64,000 nt of DNA, from assembly GCA_964016885.1 (NCBI GenBank), contig OZ024757.1:8494001-8558000 (forward strand), read 5' to 3'. Within the stretch, counting starts at the first letter, position 1, and the number at the start of each line of letters is the position of its first letter. The stretch comes from Eledone cirrhosa. Its lineage: Eukaryota. The notes under the pieces are model-generated. The model had not been told where the DNA came from and did not search any database. It was given only the letters and a program-made list of their open reading frames with translations. The translations under genes and the position numbers were made by a program. This document shows, piece after piece, positions 48,997 through 62,330 of this stretch.

Positions 48997-49180
48997 TCTT
49001 AGTGGTTAGAGCATTGGGCTTACAATTAAAAGGTTGTGAGTTCGATTCTCGGACAGGGTGTTGTGTTGTGTCCTTGAGCAAGACACTTTATTTCACGTTG
49101 CTCCTGTTTATTCAGCTGTAGAAATGAGTTTTGATGTCACTGGTGCCAAACTGTATCGGCCATAGCCTTTCTGTTGGACA
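48997..49180 (+). mobile_element. CORE-like tRNA SINE head
   Basis: TAGTGGTTAGAGC...GAGTTCGATTC...GTGTCCTTGAGCAAGACACTTTATTTCAC. Confidence 0.8.
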
Positions 49181-51295
49181 TATATATAGTGTATATATAC
49201 TGTATAATATATATATATAGTGTATATATACTGTATAATATATATAGTGTATATATACTGTATAATTATATAGTGTATATATACAGTATAATATATATAT
49301 AGTGTATATACTCTGTATAATATATATAGTGTATATATACTGTATAATATATATATAGTGTATATATACTGTATAATATATATAGTGTATATATACTGTA
49401 TAATATATATATTGTGTATATATACTGTATAATATATATAGTGTATATATACTGTATAATATATATAGTGTATATATACTGTATAATATATATAGTGTAT
49501 ATATACTGTATAATATATATAGTGTATATATATACTGTATAATATATATAGTGTATATATATACTGTATAATATATATAGTGTATATATACTGTATAATA
49601 TATATATATATATAGCGTACATATACTGTATAATATGTATAGTGTATATATACTGTATAATATATATATAGTGTATATATACTGTATAATATATATAGTA
49701 TATATATACTGTATAATATATATAGTGTATATATACTGTATAATATATATAGTGTATATATACTGTATAATATATATAGTGTATATATACTGTATAATAT
49801 ATATAGTGTATATATACTGTATAATATATATAGTGTATATATACTGTATAATATATATATAGTGTATATATACTGTATAATATATATATAGTGTATATAT
49901 ACTGTATAATATATATAGTGTATATATTCTGTATAATATATATATATATATAGTGTATATATACTGTATAATATATACAGTGTATATATACTGTATAATA
50001 TATATATAGTGTATATATACTGTATAATATATATAGTGTATATATACTGTATAATATATATAGTGTATATATACTGTATAATATATATAGTGTATATATA
50101 CTGTATAATATATATAGTGTATATATACTGTATAATATATATAGTGTATATATTCTGTATAATATATATAGTGTATATATACTGTATAATATATATATAT
50201 ATAGTGTATATATACTGTATAATATATACAGTGTATATATACTGTATAATATATATATAGTGTATATATACTGTATAATATATATAGTGTATATATACTG
50301 TATAATATATACAGTGTATATATACTGTATAATATATATATATATAGTGTATATATACTGTATAATATATATATAGTGTATATATACTGTATAATATATA
50401 TAGTGTATATATACTGTATAATATATATAGTGTATATATACTGTATAATATATATAGTGTATATATACTGTATAATATATATAGTGTATATATACTGTAT
50501 AATATATATAGTGTATATATACTGTATAATATATACAGTGTATATATACTGTATAATATATATTGTATATATATACTGTATAATAAATATTGTATATATA
50601 TATGTTGTGATGTTACCAGTCCCAAGCTGTATCAGCCATAGCCTTTCTCTTGGACATATATATAGTGTATAGATACTGTACACAGTGTATATATAATATA
50701 TACATAGTGTATATATATAGTATATATATACGTTGTGACGTCACTGGTGCCAAGCTGTATTGGCCATTGCCTTTCTCTTGGACCTCATATATAGTGTATA
50801 TATACTGTATAATATATATAGTGTATATATACTGTATAATATATATAGTGTATAGATACTGTATAATATATATAGTGTATATATACTGTATAATATATAT
50901 AGTGTATATACACTGTATAATATATATAGTGTATATACTCTGTATAATATATATAGTGTATATATATACTGTATAATATATATATAGTGTATAGATACTG
51001 TATAATATATATAGTGTATATATACTGTATAATATATATAGTGTATATATATACTGTATAATATATATATAGTGTATAGATACTGTATAATATATATAGT
51101 GTATATATACTGTATAATATATATAGTGTATATATATACTGTATAATATATATATAGTGTATAGATACTGTATAATATATATAGTGTATATATACTGTAT
51201 AATATATATATAGTGTATATATACTGTATAATATATATTGTATATATACTGTATAATATATATAGTATATATATACTGTATAGTGTATATATGTA
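49181..51295. repeat. ~27-bp AT-rich minisatellite (tatatatagtgtatatatactgtataa)n
   Basis: About 2 kb of units varying by TA steps. This is the source of the spurious 505- and 523-aa ORFs. Confidence 0.95.
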
Positions 51296-51296
51296 T

Positions 51297-52715
51297 ATCA
51301 TCATCATCACTGTTTTACGTCCCTTCTTCCATGGTAGTATGGGTTAGACAGGTTGTCCTGTTTTGGGCAGTGCCAGGTAGGGTGACCTTGTCTTGTTCAG
51401 ATGGGAACTGATTTTGACTTGATATCTACAGCTGGATGCCCTTCCTAACACCAACCTCACTGAGTGATGGGTGCTATTTTGTTGTGACACCTCCACGGCC
51501 ACTTTACAGTGGGAGGGGGTGGGGGCATATTGTCTATATACTTCAGCTTTGGCTTGTACCCGTGGGAAGTCGGGTCTTCTATATTACTGTGTGAAGCCAG
51601 AGGTCACGGTCTGGGGTCATCGCCTTCGGGTGGTGCAATTGGGTAAGGTCAGCTTTCATCACCTCATCCCAGGTCTTCTTGGGTCCCCCCACTCCATGGC
51701 TTCCATCGACTTCTACTGCTCTGCATCTGTTTATGTAGCTTTCATCCTTCATACACCTCACATGTCCATACCAACACAACCTCCTCTCCTGCACACAGCA
51801 TTTGATTCCTCTGATGCTCAGTCTCTCTCTCAATTTGTTAATGCTTTGCTGTTCGCGTATATTACTATTACACATCCATCGGAGCATGCAAGCTTCATTT
51901 CTTTCTAATCTACGCAAGTCTTCTACACACAGCACCCAGGTCTCACTACCATGTAATATTGCTGTTCGTATGCACACATCATACTGTCTGCCTTTCATTT
52001 TGAGGGAAAAGCCTTTTGTAGCTAGCAGTGGCAATAGCTCCCTGAACTTCTTCAATCCCGTCATTACCCTGGTTTCTGTACTTTCAGAACACCCACCTCC
52101 GCTGCTTATTCGGTCATCTAGGTAGCAAAAGCTGTCTATTGTTTCTACAGAGCTCTCCCAGAGTTTGGTGGTGCTTGTTTCTTTAGTTCTGCCATAGATG
52201 CAGCTATAAGTGTAAGATCATCCGCATATAGGAGTTCCTATGGGCATCAGGTCTTAAACTCTTCTGTTATAGCCTGCAATACTATAATAAACAGGAGAGG
52301 GCTAAGAACAGAGCCCTGGTGGACACCGACCTGTATGCTAAATTCCCCGCTATAGTAATTGTTAACTCTTTGCTGACTGCTCCCCTATACATGGCATGTA
52401 CAGCTTTCACAAGCCAATAATCTACTCCTAGTTTTCTAAAAGGCCACCAGATTATAGCAAGGGGCACTCTGTCGAAGACTTTTTCCAGATCGCCTACAAG
52501 GACTCTAGTGGACTCTCCTCTCCATCTAGTCTCTTGCCCAGAGCATACATCAATATCCTTTCACTCTAGCATGTCTATAATTTCTCCTTCCCTTCCTTCC
52601 ATTGTGCTTATGTTGATGCTGCCAACTAAGAGTTTTGGACATTTGCCATCATTTCTGGGAGAGGGTGAATTTTTGCGGGGGAGTGTGTATGCTTCCTGTC
52701 TCTGAATTAAAGCTT
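51297..52715 (-). mobile_element. Old internally deleted RTE LINE
   Basis: C-terminus KKFRELLPLL...HGSETW...KTWDEV; LLYADD region; N-terminal QETRWRG near 52520-52640. Confidence 0.85.
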
Positions 52716-52825
52716 CGCATGGGAGCTTGGTAACTCACAGATTCATATTCATTTATTTATTCGGGGTTGTTCCATTTATCCTTCACTCCTCCATACATAA
52801 CAGTAATCAAGAATTCTTTGGTGCA

Positions 52826-53166
52826 GGGCTAGAAGGACAGTAGTAGTAATGGCAGGGTTTGTTTGGGGCTGGTAAGGGCTAGAAGGACAGTAGTAGTAAT
52901 GGCAGAGTTTGTTGGGGCTGGTAAGGGCTAGGACAGTAGTAGTAATGGCAGAGTTTGTTGGGGCTGGTAAGGGCTAGAAGGACAGTAGTAGTAATGGCAG
53001 AGTTTGTTGGGGCTGGTAAGGGCTAGAAGGACAGTAGTAGTAATGGCAGAGTTTGTTGGGGCTGGTAAGGGCTAGAAGGACAGTAGTAGTAATGGCAGAG
53101 TTTGTTGGGGCTGGTAAGAGCTAGAAGGGCAGTAGTAGTAATGGCAGAGTTTGTTGGGGCTGGTAA
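52826..53166. repeat. 49-bp tandem repeat, ~7 copies
   Basis: Unit gggctagaaggacagtagtagtaatggcagagtttgttggggctggtaa. Confidence 0.92.
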
Positions 53167-53711
53167 TGGGTAAGGGCATGTTGCTGAGGTTTGATTGGTC
53201 AAATAGCCTATGGTGGTGAGTGGGAAATTGTGAGATAGGTAGCCATCATGACATATATCATCACAGGAGATTTGGGGGAAATAAGCAGATATAAGTAGAC
53301 ATATTAGACAAGGCAAATATGCAATAGTTTAGAAGATTGTCACCTAGCTTTGTAAACACTGAAATGAATGAGTGAGAGAAAGGGGAGGTAATGGTGGGGG
53401 TTAGGGATGAGTTTGTAGAGAAAGACACAATCTCCAACATGGTTAATATCAAAAACAAGGTCGAAGTAGATACGTTGTGGAAACAAGTGAATGATAATAA
53501 TAATAATGTAAACAGAACATTTTGAAATTGGGGAAGCGAGATAGCTGTAGAATAGAAATAATCTATGGAAGTCTGGGATATAAGTTATATAAATATGTTG
53601 TATATAAACACACTGTAAAGTGGACGTGTAGGCTTCACGAAAAAGCACCCAGCACTCACTGTAAATGAGCTTGGTGTTAGGAAGGGCATCCAGCTGTAGA
53701 AATCAAGCCAA

Positions 53712-54600
53712 ATCAGTTCCTGTATGAGCAAGGCATGGTCAGCCGACCAGACACTGCCCACAACAGGACAACCCGTCTAACCCATGCTAGCGTGGAAGAA
53801 CAGACGTAAAACGGTGATGATGATGTGACGTCACTGGTGTCGAGCTGTGTCAGCCATTGCCTTTCTCTTGGACAACATATATAGTATATACTATATATTG
53901 TACACAGTGTATAATATATATTGTACACAGTGTGTATATATATATAGTGTATATATGTTGTGACGTCACTAGTGTCAAGCTGTGTCAGCCATTGCCTTTC
54001 TCTTGGACAACATATATAGTGTATAATATATATTGTACACAGTGTATATATATATGTATATAGTGTATATATACTGTACATAGAGTATATATAATATATA
54101 TATATATAGTATATATATACTCTACATAGAGTATATAATATATATATATCAGTTCCTGTATCAGTTCCAGATCAGTTCCTGTATGAGCAAGGCATGGTCA
54201 GCCGACCAGACACTGCCCACAACAGGACAACCCGTCTAACCCATGCTAGCGTGGAAGAACAGACGTAAAACGGTGATGATGATGTGACGTCACTGGTGTC
54301 GAGCTGTGTCAGCCATTGCCTTTCTCTTGGACAACATATATAGTATATACTATATATTGTACACAGTGTATAATATATATTGTACACAGTGTGTATATAT
54401 ATATAGTGTATATATGTTGTGACGTCACTAGTGTCAAGCTGTGTCAGCCATTGCCTTTCTCTTGGACAACATATATAGTGTATAATATATATTGTACACA
54501 GTGTATATATATATGTATATAGTGTATATATACTGTACATAGAGTATATATAATATATATATATATATAGTATATATATACTCTACATAGAGTATATAAT
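53712..54600. repeat. Near-exact direct duplication, period 459 bp
   Basis: Identical 122-aa spurious ORFs at 53713 and 54172; partial inverted copy at ~54720-54850. Confidence 0.92.
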
Positions 54601-55194
54601 ATAAATATATATATATATATAATATATATATATATAGTATATATATACTCTACATAGAGTATATAATATAAATATATATATATATATAGTATATATATAC
54701 TCTACATTGAGTATATATATAGTCTATGTACAGTATATATACACTATATATATACACTGTGTACAATATATATTATACACTATATATGTTGTCCAAGGGA
54801 AAGGCAATGGCTGACACAGCTTGACACTAGTGATGTCACAACATATATACACTATATACTAGTATATATATACTATATACTAGTATATATATACTCTACA
54901 TAGAGTATATGTAATATATATATAGTGTATATATATGTGATGTCACTGGTACCAAGCTGTATCAGCCATTACCTTTCCCTTGGACAACATGGGTGGCATG
55001 GAGAGGGTAGACTGGTATACTTGGGTGACCGATGTGGGGTCTTCAATATGTTAGGTGTGTATATAGTAATATGTGTATATATAGATGTGTATTGATGTCC
55101 ATTGTGGGAGTCATTGATACCAATGCTAGGGAAGGCTGGTCTTCTATATTACTGTATAACAACAATTATCTCAATCCTGTGTCATTGTCTTTGA

Positions 55195-55810
55195 GAATTG
55201 TGTGAGGTCAGCTGTTATCACCTCATCCCGGGTCTTCTTACTCTATAGATTCCATCAATTGTGTGAGGCCAGCTTTTATCACCTCATCCCAGGTCTTCCT
55301 ACTTCACATCTTCCATCAATTGTGTGAGGTCAGCTTTTATCACCTCAAACAAGGTCTTCCTCCTCTATAGCTTCCATCAATTGTGTGAGGTCAGCTTTTA
55401 TCACCTCATCCCAGGTCTTCCTACTTCATAGCTTCCATCAATTGTGTGAGGTCAGCTTTTATCACCTCATCCCAGGTCTTCCTACTCCACAGCTTCCATC
55501 AATTGTGTGAGGTCAGCTTTTATCACCTCATCCCAGGTCTTCCTACTTCACAGCTTCCATCAATTGTGTGAGGTCAGCTTTTATCACCTCATCCCAGGTC
55601 TTCCTACTTCATAGCTTCTATCAATTGTGTGAGGCCAGCTTTTATCACCTCATCCCAGGTCTTCCTACTTCATAGCTTCCATCAATTGTGTGAGGTCAGC
55701 TTTTATCACCTCAGACTAGGTCTTCCTACTCCATAGCTTCCATCAATTGTGTGAGGGCAGCTTCTATCACCTCATCCCAGGTCTTCCTACTTCACAGCTT
55801 CCATCAATTT
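55195..55810. repeat. 61-bp tandem repeat derived from the RTE ORF C-terminus, ~10 copies
   Basis: Unit caattgtgtgaggtcagcttttatcacctcatcccaggtcttcctacttcatagcttccat. The minus strand encodes RKTWDEVIKADLTQL. Confidence 0.92.
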
Positions 55811-55910
55811 TATAAAATGCTTGAAAACGACTTAGAAAACTTTTTAATCAAAATCAAAATTTAATCCCAAAGAGAGGAAATTGGAACATTATCTACTGAA
55901 AGTTGCTTAT

Positions 55911-56119
55911 CCCTTTCACATTTAAACTGGCCATAACTGGCCAGAATTTTGTCTACCTTTTCTTTTTAAAACAGCCGTAATTGGCCACTCATACTGATGT
56001 TAAGGTATTGTTCTCAATGTAAATAATATCAAAATCTCATAGATTCGTGACATATGTGAGGTAAAGACTTTACCATGGAAATATAATAGTATATATAGAA
56101 TAGTGTAAATGTTAAAGGG
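55911..56119. mobile_element. piggyBac-type MITE, degenerate copy
   Basis: Aligns with 3202-3419; CCCTTT...AAAGGG ends, TTAA sites mutated. Confidence 0.7.
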
Positions 56120-57172
56120 TTCAACCCTGAAGAAAGGACTTTTAGGTCCCAAAATATTGGACAAATAAAAGAACAACAACAACAAAAAAAAACAACAAAG
56201 ATTACCAGGTAACTTTTACTTTTCCTTACCTCATCTTACAGTCCATTTTGCATTGTTTAGCCTTCTATCTCTTTCAATGTTATATATTATATAGAATGTT
56301 TCAAGCAAACTACATTTTATTATATATCATCATCATCATCATCAATTAACGTCCATCTTCCACGCTAGCATGGGTTAGACGGGTCCCATATAGAGACAAG
56401 TTGGGTCGGGTCACAGTGTCTAACTCATATAGGGGTGTTTCTGGCTAGTTTCTACAGCTGGATACCCTTCCTAACGCCAACCACATTGACAGTGTGGACT
56501 GGGTGCCTATGACACCTACATGTCCACTTTACAGTGTGGGCTGGGTGCTTTTTGCTGTGTCTTTTACACGTCCAGTTTGGGTGGGAGATATATATATGTC
56601 TGTGTCATCTCCATTTAACGTCCATTTTTCCATTCTTGCATGGGTTAGACGGGTCATCCACGCCAGGAGGCAAGTCTGGCCATGTGTCACACCTGGCTCA
56701 GGTGAGGTCTGTAAATTTGGTCGGGTATTTTACAGCTGGATTCCCTTCCTAACACCAACCATGTTTACAGTGTGGAACTGGATGGCTCTGTTATGAGGAG
56801 GGACAGGCCCGTTGGCTGCACTGAACCCATCTCACGGTGCAACTATAATTTTGGGGCGTGGTACTGGGTGGCACCACTGTGAGGAGGGGTGGCCAGCCAG
56901 ATGGGCCTAACCCTTTTCATGAGGTTACCATAGTTATGTGGACTGGTACTGGATGGTACAGTTACGAGAAGGGCTGGCCAGTTGTCTGTGCCACTATGGA
57001 GAGGGTAGCCACTCGGCTGAGCCAAGCCCATTTCACAAGGTTACCACAGTTTTGGGGCCCTGTACTAGATGACACCACTATAGTGATGGTGCAGCTGTAG
57101 TTTGACATATGTATAGCCTTGGTTTATATAAATAAACATCACACAGGTATATTTCTACAGTTTACCAATGTA

Positions 57173-57308
57173 CCGTATTTACCGGTGCCGAAGCCGTCAG
57201 AATTTTTGAAAAACAATAATAAACAGCCTTCGGCCTCCGTGACATATGGTAGATTTTTGAGACTTATATTAGGGAAAAAGTAATGTCTTCGACGCTGGTA
57301 AATATGTA
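57173..57308. mobile_element. pogo-like MITE remnant
   Basis: TA|CCGTATTTACCGGTG ... CGCTGGTAAATATGT imperfect TIRs. Confidence 0.5.
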
Positions 57309-57551
57309 ATATTTCCACTGTTAAATCTATCTCTGTATTTTAAGTATTCTCTATTATCTCATACTGTTTCTTTCTTATAAGTCCTATAAGAATGAATTTT
57401 TTGCTAAAGTGCAATAGAGCAGACCTCTGAAGAGATAGAGGGATATAATTTATATAACATGCTGGAATACTACTGCTTACATTGGAGAGAATTACTCTGG
57501 ACAGAAAAGTTTATATCTACAGTTTACAATATAGAAATATAAAATTTCCAC

Positions 57552-57810
57552 TGTGTTATTTCCTTGAGCAAGACACTTTATTTCACATTGCTCCAGTTTA
57601 CTCAGCTGTAGAAATGAGATGATATGGTCCATATCATTCCACTGCAAAGTGGTCGTGTAGGCGCCACAGAAAAAAAGCACCCAGCTCTCACTGTAAATGA
57701 GGTTGGTGTTAGGAAGGGCATCCAACTGTAGAAATCAAGCCAGAATCAGTTCCCGTCCCACCCTTGCAAGCAGGGAAAAAGCGGACGTAAAATGAAATGA
57801 TGATGATGAA
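57552..57810 (+). mobile_element. SINE core joined to an RTE-type 3' tail
   Basis: CCTTGAGCAAGACACTTTATTTCAC followed by ggtgttaggaagggcatcc and (TGA)n. Confidence 0.65.
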
Positions 57811-58216
57811 ATCTATCTCTGTTTCTAAAGTATTCTGTATTATCTCATACTGTTTCTTTCTTATTTTAGAATACCAGATGACATTGGGATACATTTTTAT
57901 TTTCAATCTTGGATACATCACCTCTATTTATCATCATTTGAAGACTAAAACTTTCTAAACACAACTTATATAACCCTGTTTATATAAATCTCTCGTAATA
58001 TTACTGTGAAATATTTCCTCAAAACTGAGTTTATTTTCTTCACTATAAGATGGTTTTGTATTTTAACTAAACTTGGATGAAAAAGAAGTTTGTATTATCT
58101 TCAGATATGAATTGAAATATAGTTGAGGGAAATATAGAAGATATATTTTTTAGGAATATAATATAAGAAATATTACAAGTAAAACATTTATATATTCTGT
58201 TGAAGAAGGAATAATT

Positions 58217-59647
58217 ATGGAAAATAAATTGACAAAGGAGATTAAATACGAAACACAATCTAAAGTGTTTAGTATTCCTGGTGAGATGACGAAGGTTCGA
58301 GAAGGGAAGCCATATTGCTGTGATATCTGTGGTAAATCATTCTCTGATAGTAGTGCCTTGCCTCGACACAAATGTATACATACAGTAGATAAGCCATATC
58401 ATTGTGAGTTCTGTGGGGTATCATTCTCTCAAAGTAGTGCCTTAACTAACCACAATCGTGAACATACAGGAGAGAAGCCATATCCCTGTGATATCTGTGG
58501 TAAATCATTCTCTCATAGTAGTAACTTAGCTTATCACAAACGTATACATACAGGAGACAGGCCATACCAATGTGATATCTGTGGTAAATCATTCTCTCGA
58601 AGTTCTACATTAAATAAGCATGAACGTATACATACAGGAGACAAGCCATATCACTGTAATATCTGTGGTAAATCCTTCTCTCAAAGTGGTACCTTAACTA
58701 GCCACAAACGTGTACATACAGGAGACAAGCCATATCACTGTGAGATCTGTGGTATATCATTCTCTGATAGTAGTACCTTAACTAGACATAAACGTACACA
58801 TACAGGAGATAAGCCATATCACTGTGATATCTGTGGTAAATCCTTCTCTCGAAGTAGTCACTTAACTAACCACAAACCTATACATACAGGAGACAAGCCA
58901 TATCACTGTGATATCTGTGATAAATCATTCTCTCAAAGTGGTACCTTAACTAGCCACAAACGTTCCCATAGAGGAGACAAGCCATATCACTGTGATATCT
59001 GTGGTAAATCATTCTCTCAAAGTGGTACCTTAACTAGCCACAAACGTATACATACAGGAGACAAGCCATATCCCTGTGATATCTGTGGTAAATCATTCTC
59101 TGTAAGTGGTCACTTAACTAGCCACAAACGTGCTCATACAGGAGACAAGCCATATCACTGTGATATCTGTGGTATATCATTCTCTCAAAGTAATGCCTTA
59201 ACTAGCCACAAACGTATACACACAGGAGACAAGCCATACCACTGTGATATCTGTGGTATATCATTCTCTCGAAGTAGTCACTTAAATATTCACATACGTA
59301 CCCATACAGGAGACAAGCCATATCACTGTGATATCTGTGGTAAATCATTCTCTGAAAGTAGTTCCTTAATTAAGCATAAACGTATACATACAGGAGACAA
59401 GCCATATCACTGTGATATCTGTGGCAAATCATTCTCTTTAAGTAGTAACCTAACTACACATAAACGTACACATACAGGAGACAAGCCATATCACTGTGAT
59501 ATCTGTGGTAAATCATTCTCTCAAATTAGTCACTTAACTAGCCACAAACGTACCCATACAGGAGACAAGCCATATCACTGTGATATCTGTGATAAATCAT
59601 TCTCTGTAAGTATTAGCTTAACTAGCCACAAACGTATACATACATGA
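58217..59647 (+). CDS. Tandem C2H2 zinc-finger protein, 16 fingers (476 aa), TGDKPY-linker subfamily
   Basis: Intact ORF. It ends at a GGA-to-TGA change inside a linker, and degenerate fingers continue to ~59850. Confidence 0.9.
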   Translation: MENKLTKEIKYETQSKVFSIPGEMTKVREGKPYCCDICGKSFSDSSALPRHKCIHTVDKPYHCEFCGVSFSQSSALTNHNREHTGEKPYPCDICGKSFSHSSNLAYHKRIHTGDRPYQCDICGKSFSRSSTLNKHERIHTGDKPYHCNICGKSFSQSGTLTSHKRVHTGDKPYHCEICGISFSDSSTLTRHKRTHTGDKPYHCDICGKSFSRSSHLTNHKPIHTGDKPYHCDICDKSFSQSGTLTSHKRSHRGDKPYHCDICGKSFSQSGTLTSHKRIHTGDKPYPCDICGKSFSVSGHLTSHKRAHTGDKPYHCDICGISFSQSNALTSHKRIHTGDKPYHCDICGISFSRSSHLNIHIRTHTGDKPYHCDICGKSFSESSSLIKHKRIHTGDKPYHCDICGKSFSLSSNLTTHKRTHTGDKPYHCDICGKSFSQISHLTSHKRTHTGDKPYHCDICDKSFSVSISLTSHKRIHT

Positions 59648-59862
59648 GACAAGCCATATCACTGTGATATATCATTCTCTGGAAAAAGTAGCCTAACTAC
59701 TCACAAACTTATACATGCAGAAGAGAAATCATAACTCATTGACATCAGTGATAAATCATTCCCTCAAATTTGTGAATTAATGAGAATACAAATACATATC
59801 TTGTGACATCTGAGGGAAATCATTCTCTTTGAATGTTACATTAACTACACACAAATATATAT

Positions 59863-60307
59863 ACTAGACCTGAAAAATGCGCAAGCTCAAAAGAGCCACA
59901 GAATGTTATAATAAACCTTCAAAAGTGTGCGACTAGAGTTGTTGCTCAAAAATATTGTAACCATTATCTATCGTACACTCTGTGGCATCCTTTTATAAAA
60001 AAGAGACTCATAACGAACTCAAGATGACACAATAATTATTTAAGCTAATGTTCAATATCTCATATTAGATGTTTAGTAATGATTAATACGAAATTCACTT
60101 AAACCGAATTCTATATTATAAATTCACTTAAATAATTATCGTGTCGTCTTAAGTTCATTATGAGTCTCTTTTTTATAAAGGATGCCACAGAGTGTACGAT
60201 AGATAATGATTACAATATTTTTGAGCAACAACTCTAGTCCCACACTTTTGAAGGTTTATTATAACATTCTGTGGCTCTTTTGAGCTTGCGCATTTTTCAG
60301 GTCTAGT
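59863..60307. mobile_element. Fold-back element with ~180-bp inverted arms and ACTAG...CTAGT termini
   Basis: 59863-60044 is the near-perfect reverse complement of ~60127-60307. Confidence 0.88.
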
Positions 60308-61039
60308 TTAATATTTTTTTAAGGCAACGCTTGTAATAACTCTAGTTAAACATGATATATATTAATAATGAATTATAGTTGTAATGTAATTAGATTATAT
60401 AATTGTTATTTTATAAATGATCTTATAAATATTATTGTAAGATGTATTAAAATATTTTCAGACTTTTAATATAAACAACTACAAAAAACAATCAATATTA
60501 AATAAATATATTTTACATAATAATTGTTATAGTTGAATTAATAAAAATTAAATATTACACACAAATAGTCTAACATAATAATAATAAAATAATCTAACAT
60601 AAAACGAACAATAATATGGACAAATATACAAGTAAATATGATACAACCAATATTATAAGCATGTTATAACAAACTGAAAAAAAAATAGTTAATATAAATT
60701 TAAAAAATCATACATAAATTAACAATATAACTTACCAAAACGAGAAAAATATTTTGATGATAAACAACGAAATACAGGAGGAAGATTCGAAAGCGAAACG
60801 ATAAATAAGCGTGCAAACAAAATAGCGGATGCTTTTGAGCAACAATTACTCTCATTGGTTGATTAGCCAATAAGACGATGAAATTAGCCAATACGACGAT
60901 ACATTACAAAATATGTTTGGGAGGGATCACCATGGCCAGCGAAACCCCTTGAATTTTTTATTCACAAGCTACGCATATATGTCAAACATGCAGACTTAAA
61001 ACATTCTGTTGTTAGTCACTGCGTGTCTAACAGATACAG

Positions 61040-61290
61040 CTGGGAAGCCATATCACTTTGATATATTTAGTAAATCATTCTCTAAATGTTGTGGCTTCAC
61101 TACATACTAACATCTACAGGAGAGGAACTATATCACTGTCATGTCTGAGGTAAAATCTTCTCTAAATGTTGTGACTTCACTACATACTAACATCTACAGG
61201 AGAGGAACCATATCACTGTGATGTCTGTGGTAAATCCTTCTCTAAATGTTGTGGCTTCACTACATACTAACATCTACAGGAGAGGAACTA
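61040..61290 (+). pseudogene. Decayed C2H2 finger fragment amplified as an 80-bp tandem repeat
   Basis: acaggagaggaaccatatcactgtgatgtctgtggtaaatccttctct (GEEPYHCDVCGKSFS). The period is 80 rather than 84, so the frame shifts each unit. Confidence 0.75.
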
Positions 61291-61599
61291 GATCGATGTG
61301 ATGTCTTGTAAAGGTCACTTGATGCAACACAAACACTATCAGACAAGATAAAAACCATATCACTCACCCAAAATAGTGCCACCATTGTTGTTAATATTTT
61401 GAATAAAACTGTTTTACTAAGAAATTCTTCTTTCATTTTATTTGTAGAAGTTGTAAGCAAGAGTTTTGCCGACAAAACTGTATTGTTCAGAATTTACACA
61501 CGTTATATATATGTGAATGTATGTGTGTAGACATTTGTGTCCATTTATATGTGCATATCTGTGTTTGATTTATTTGTGTATGTATGTGTGTATATGTAC

Positions 61600-62330
61600 G
61601 TCATCTTCATCAACATCATCAAGATCATCACTGTTTTTATGTCTGTTTTTCCATGCTTGCTTGGTTGGACAGGTCCTTCTCAACACGGCATCTTTCAACT
61701 CGTCATGTTCCTTTGACATGTCCTCTGTGAGAGTCGGTTATTTGAAGTCAGTTCACACAGCCTCTGTCCAGGTCTTTATTGGTCTACCTCTACTATGGTT
61801 TCCTTCTACTGGGATTTCCTGGCACTTCATCACCCAGTGGTCATTATCCATGTTCGTCACATGTCCGTACAAACACAGTCTTCTCTCTTACACACCACTT
61901 CAGATCACTCTTGAACCCAGCTTTTTCTTGAACTTGTCCAAGCTCTGCCTTTCTCTCACACTTTCATAACATATCCTACAAAACATGGTTGTTCCATTTC
62001 TCTCCAGTCTACATATCCTCTGCAGTCACACCCTTGTTTCGTTACCATGCATCATTGCACATCACCCACATGTGTCATACAGTTGTCCTTTTGTACAGAG
62101 AGAGAAACCTTTTGTGGTCAACTGTTGCAGTAGCTCTCTAAACTTTTTCCATCCTATCCTTATTCTAGCTATTAATCTTTCAGAGCAGTCTCCTCCACTG
62201 CTAATTAAGTCACCTAGATTGCAAAATATATTTGTCTGCATACCTAATGAAGGGTGTTTGGAAGTGCCTCCCCTAATAAACAGTGGTGCCATAACTCAGA
62301 AACCAATGGTCACACATACATGGTAAGTTA
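61600..62330 (-). mobile_element. Old RTE 3' fragment
   Basis: LGDLISSGG...RIGWKKFRELL in a minus-strand ORF. Confidence 0.75.

Noticed and set aside
49108-51310. Long Y/I/L-rich ORFs of 505, 523 and 189 aa
   Set aside because: Translations of the 27-bp AT minisatellite; no protein signal.
52826-53166. Regularly spaced repeats as a possible CRISPR array (also 55195-55810 and 10736-11024)
   Set aside because: Head-to-tail units without unique spacers, eukaryotic context, no cas genes.
56121-56165. Hammerhead-like CTGAAGA-a-AGGAC-ttttag-GTCCC-AAAA-TATT-GG
   Set aside because: The essential GAAA reads AAAA and stem I is only ~2 bp; at best a dead relic.
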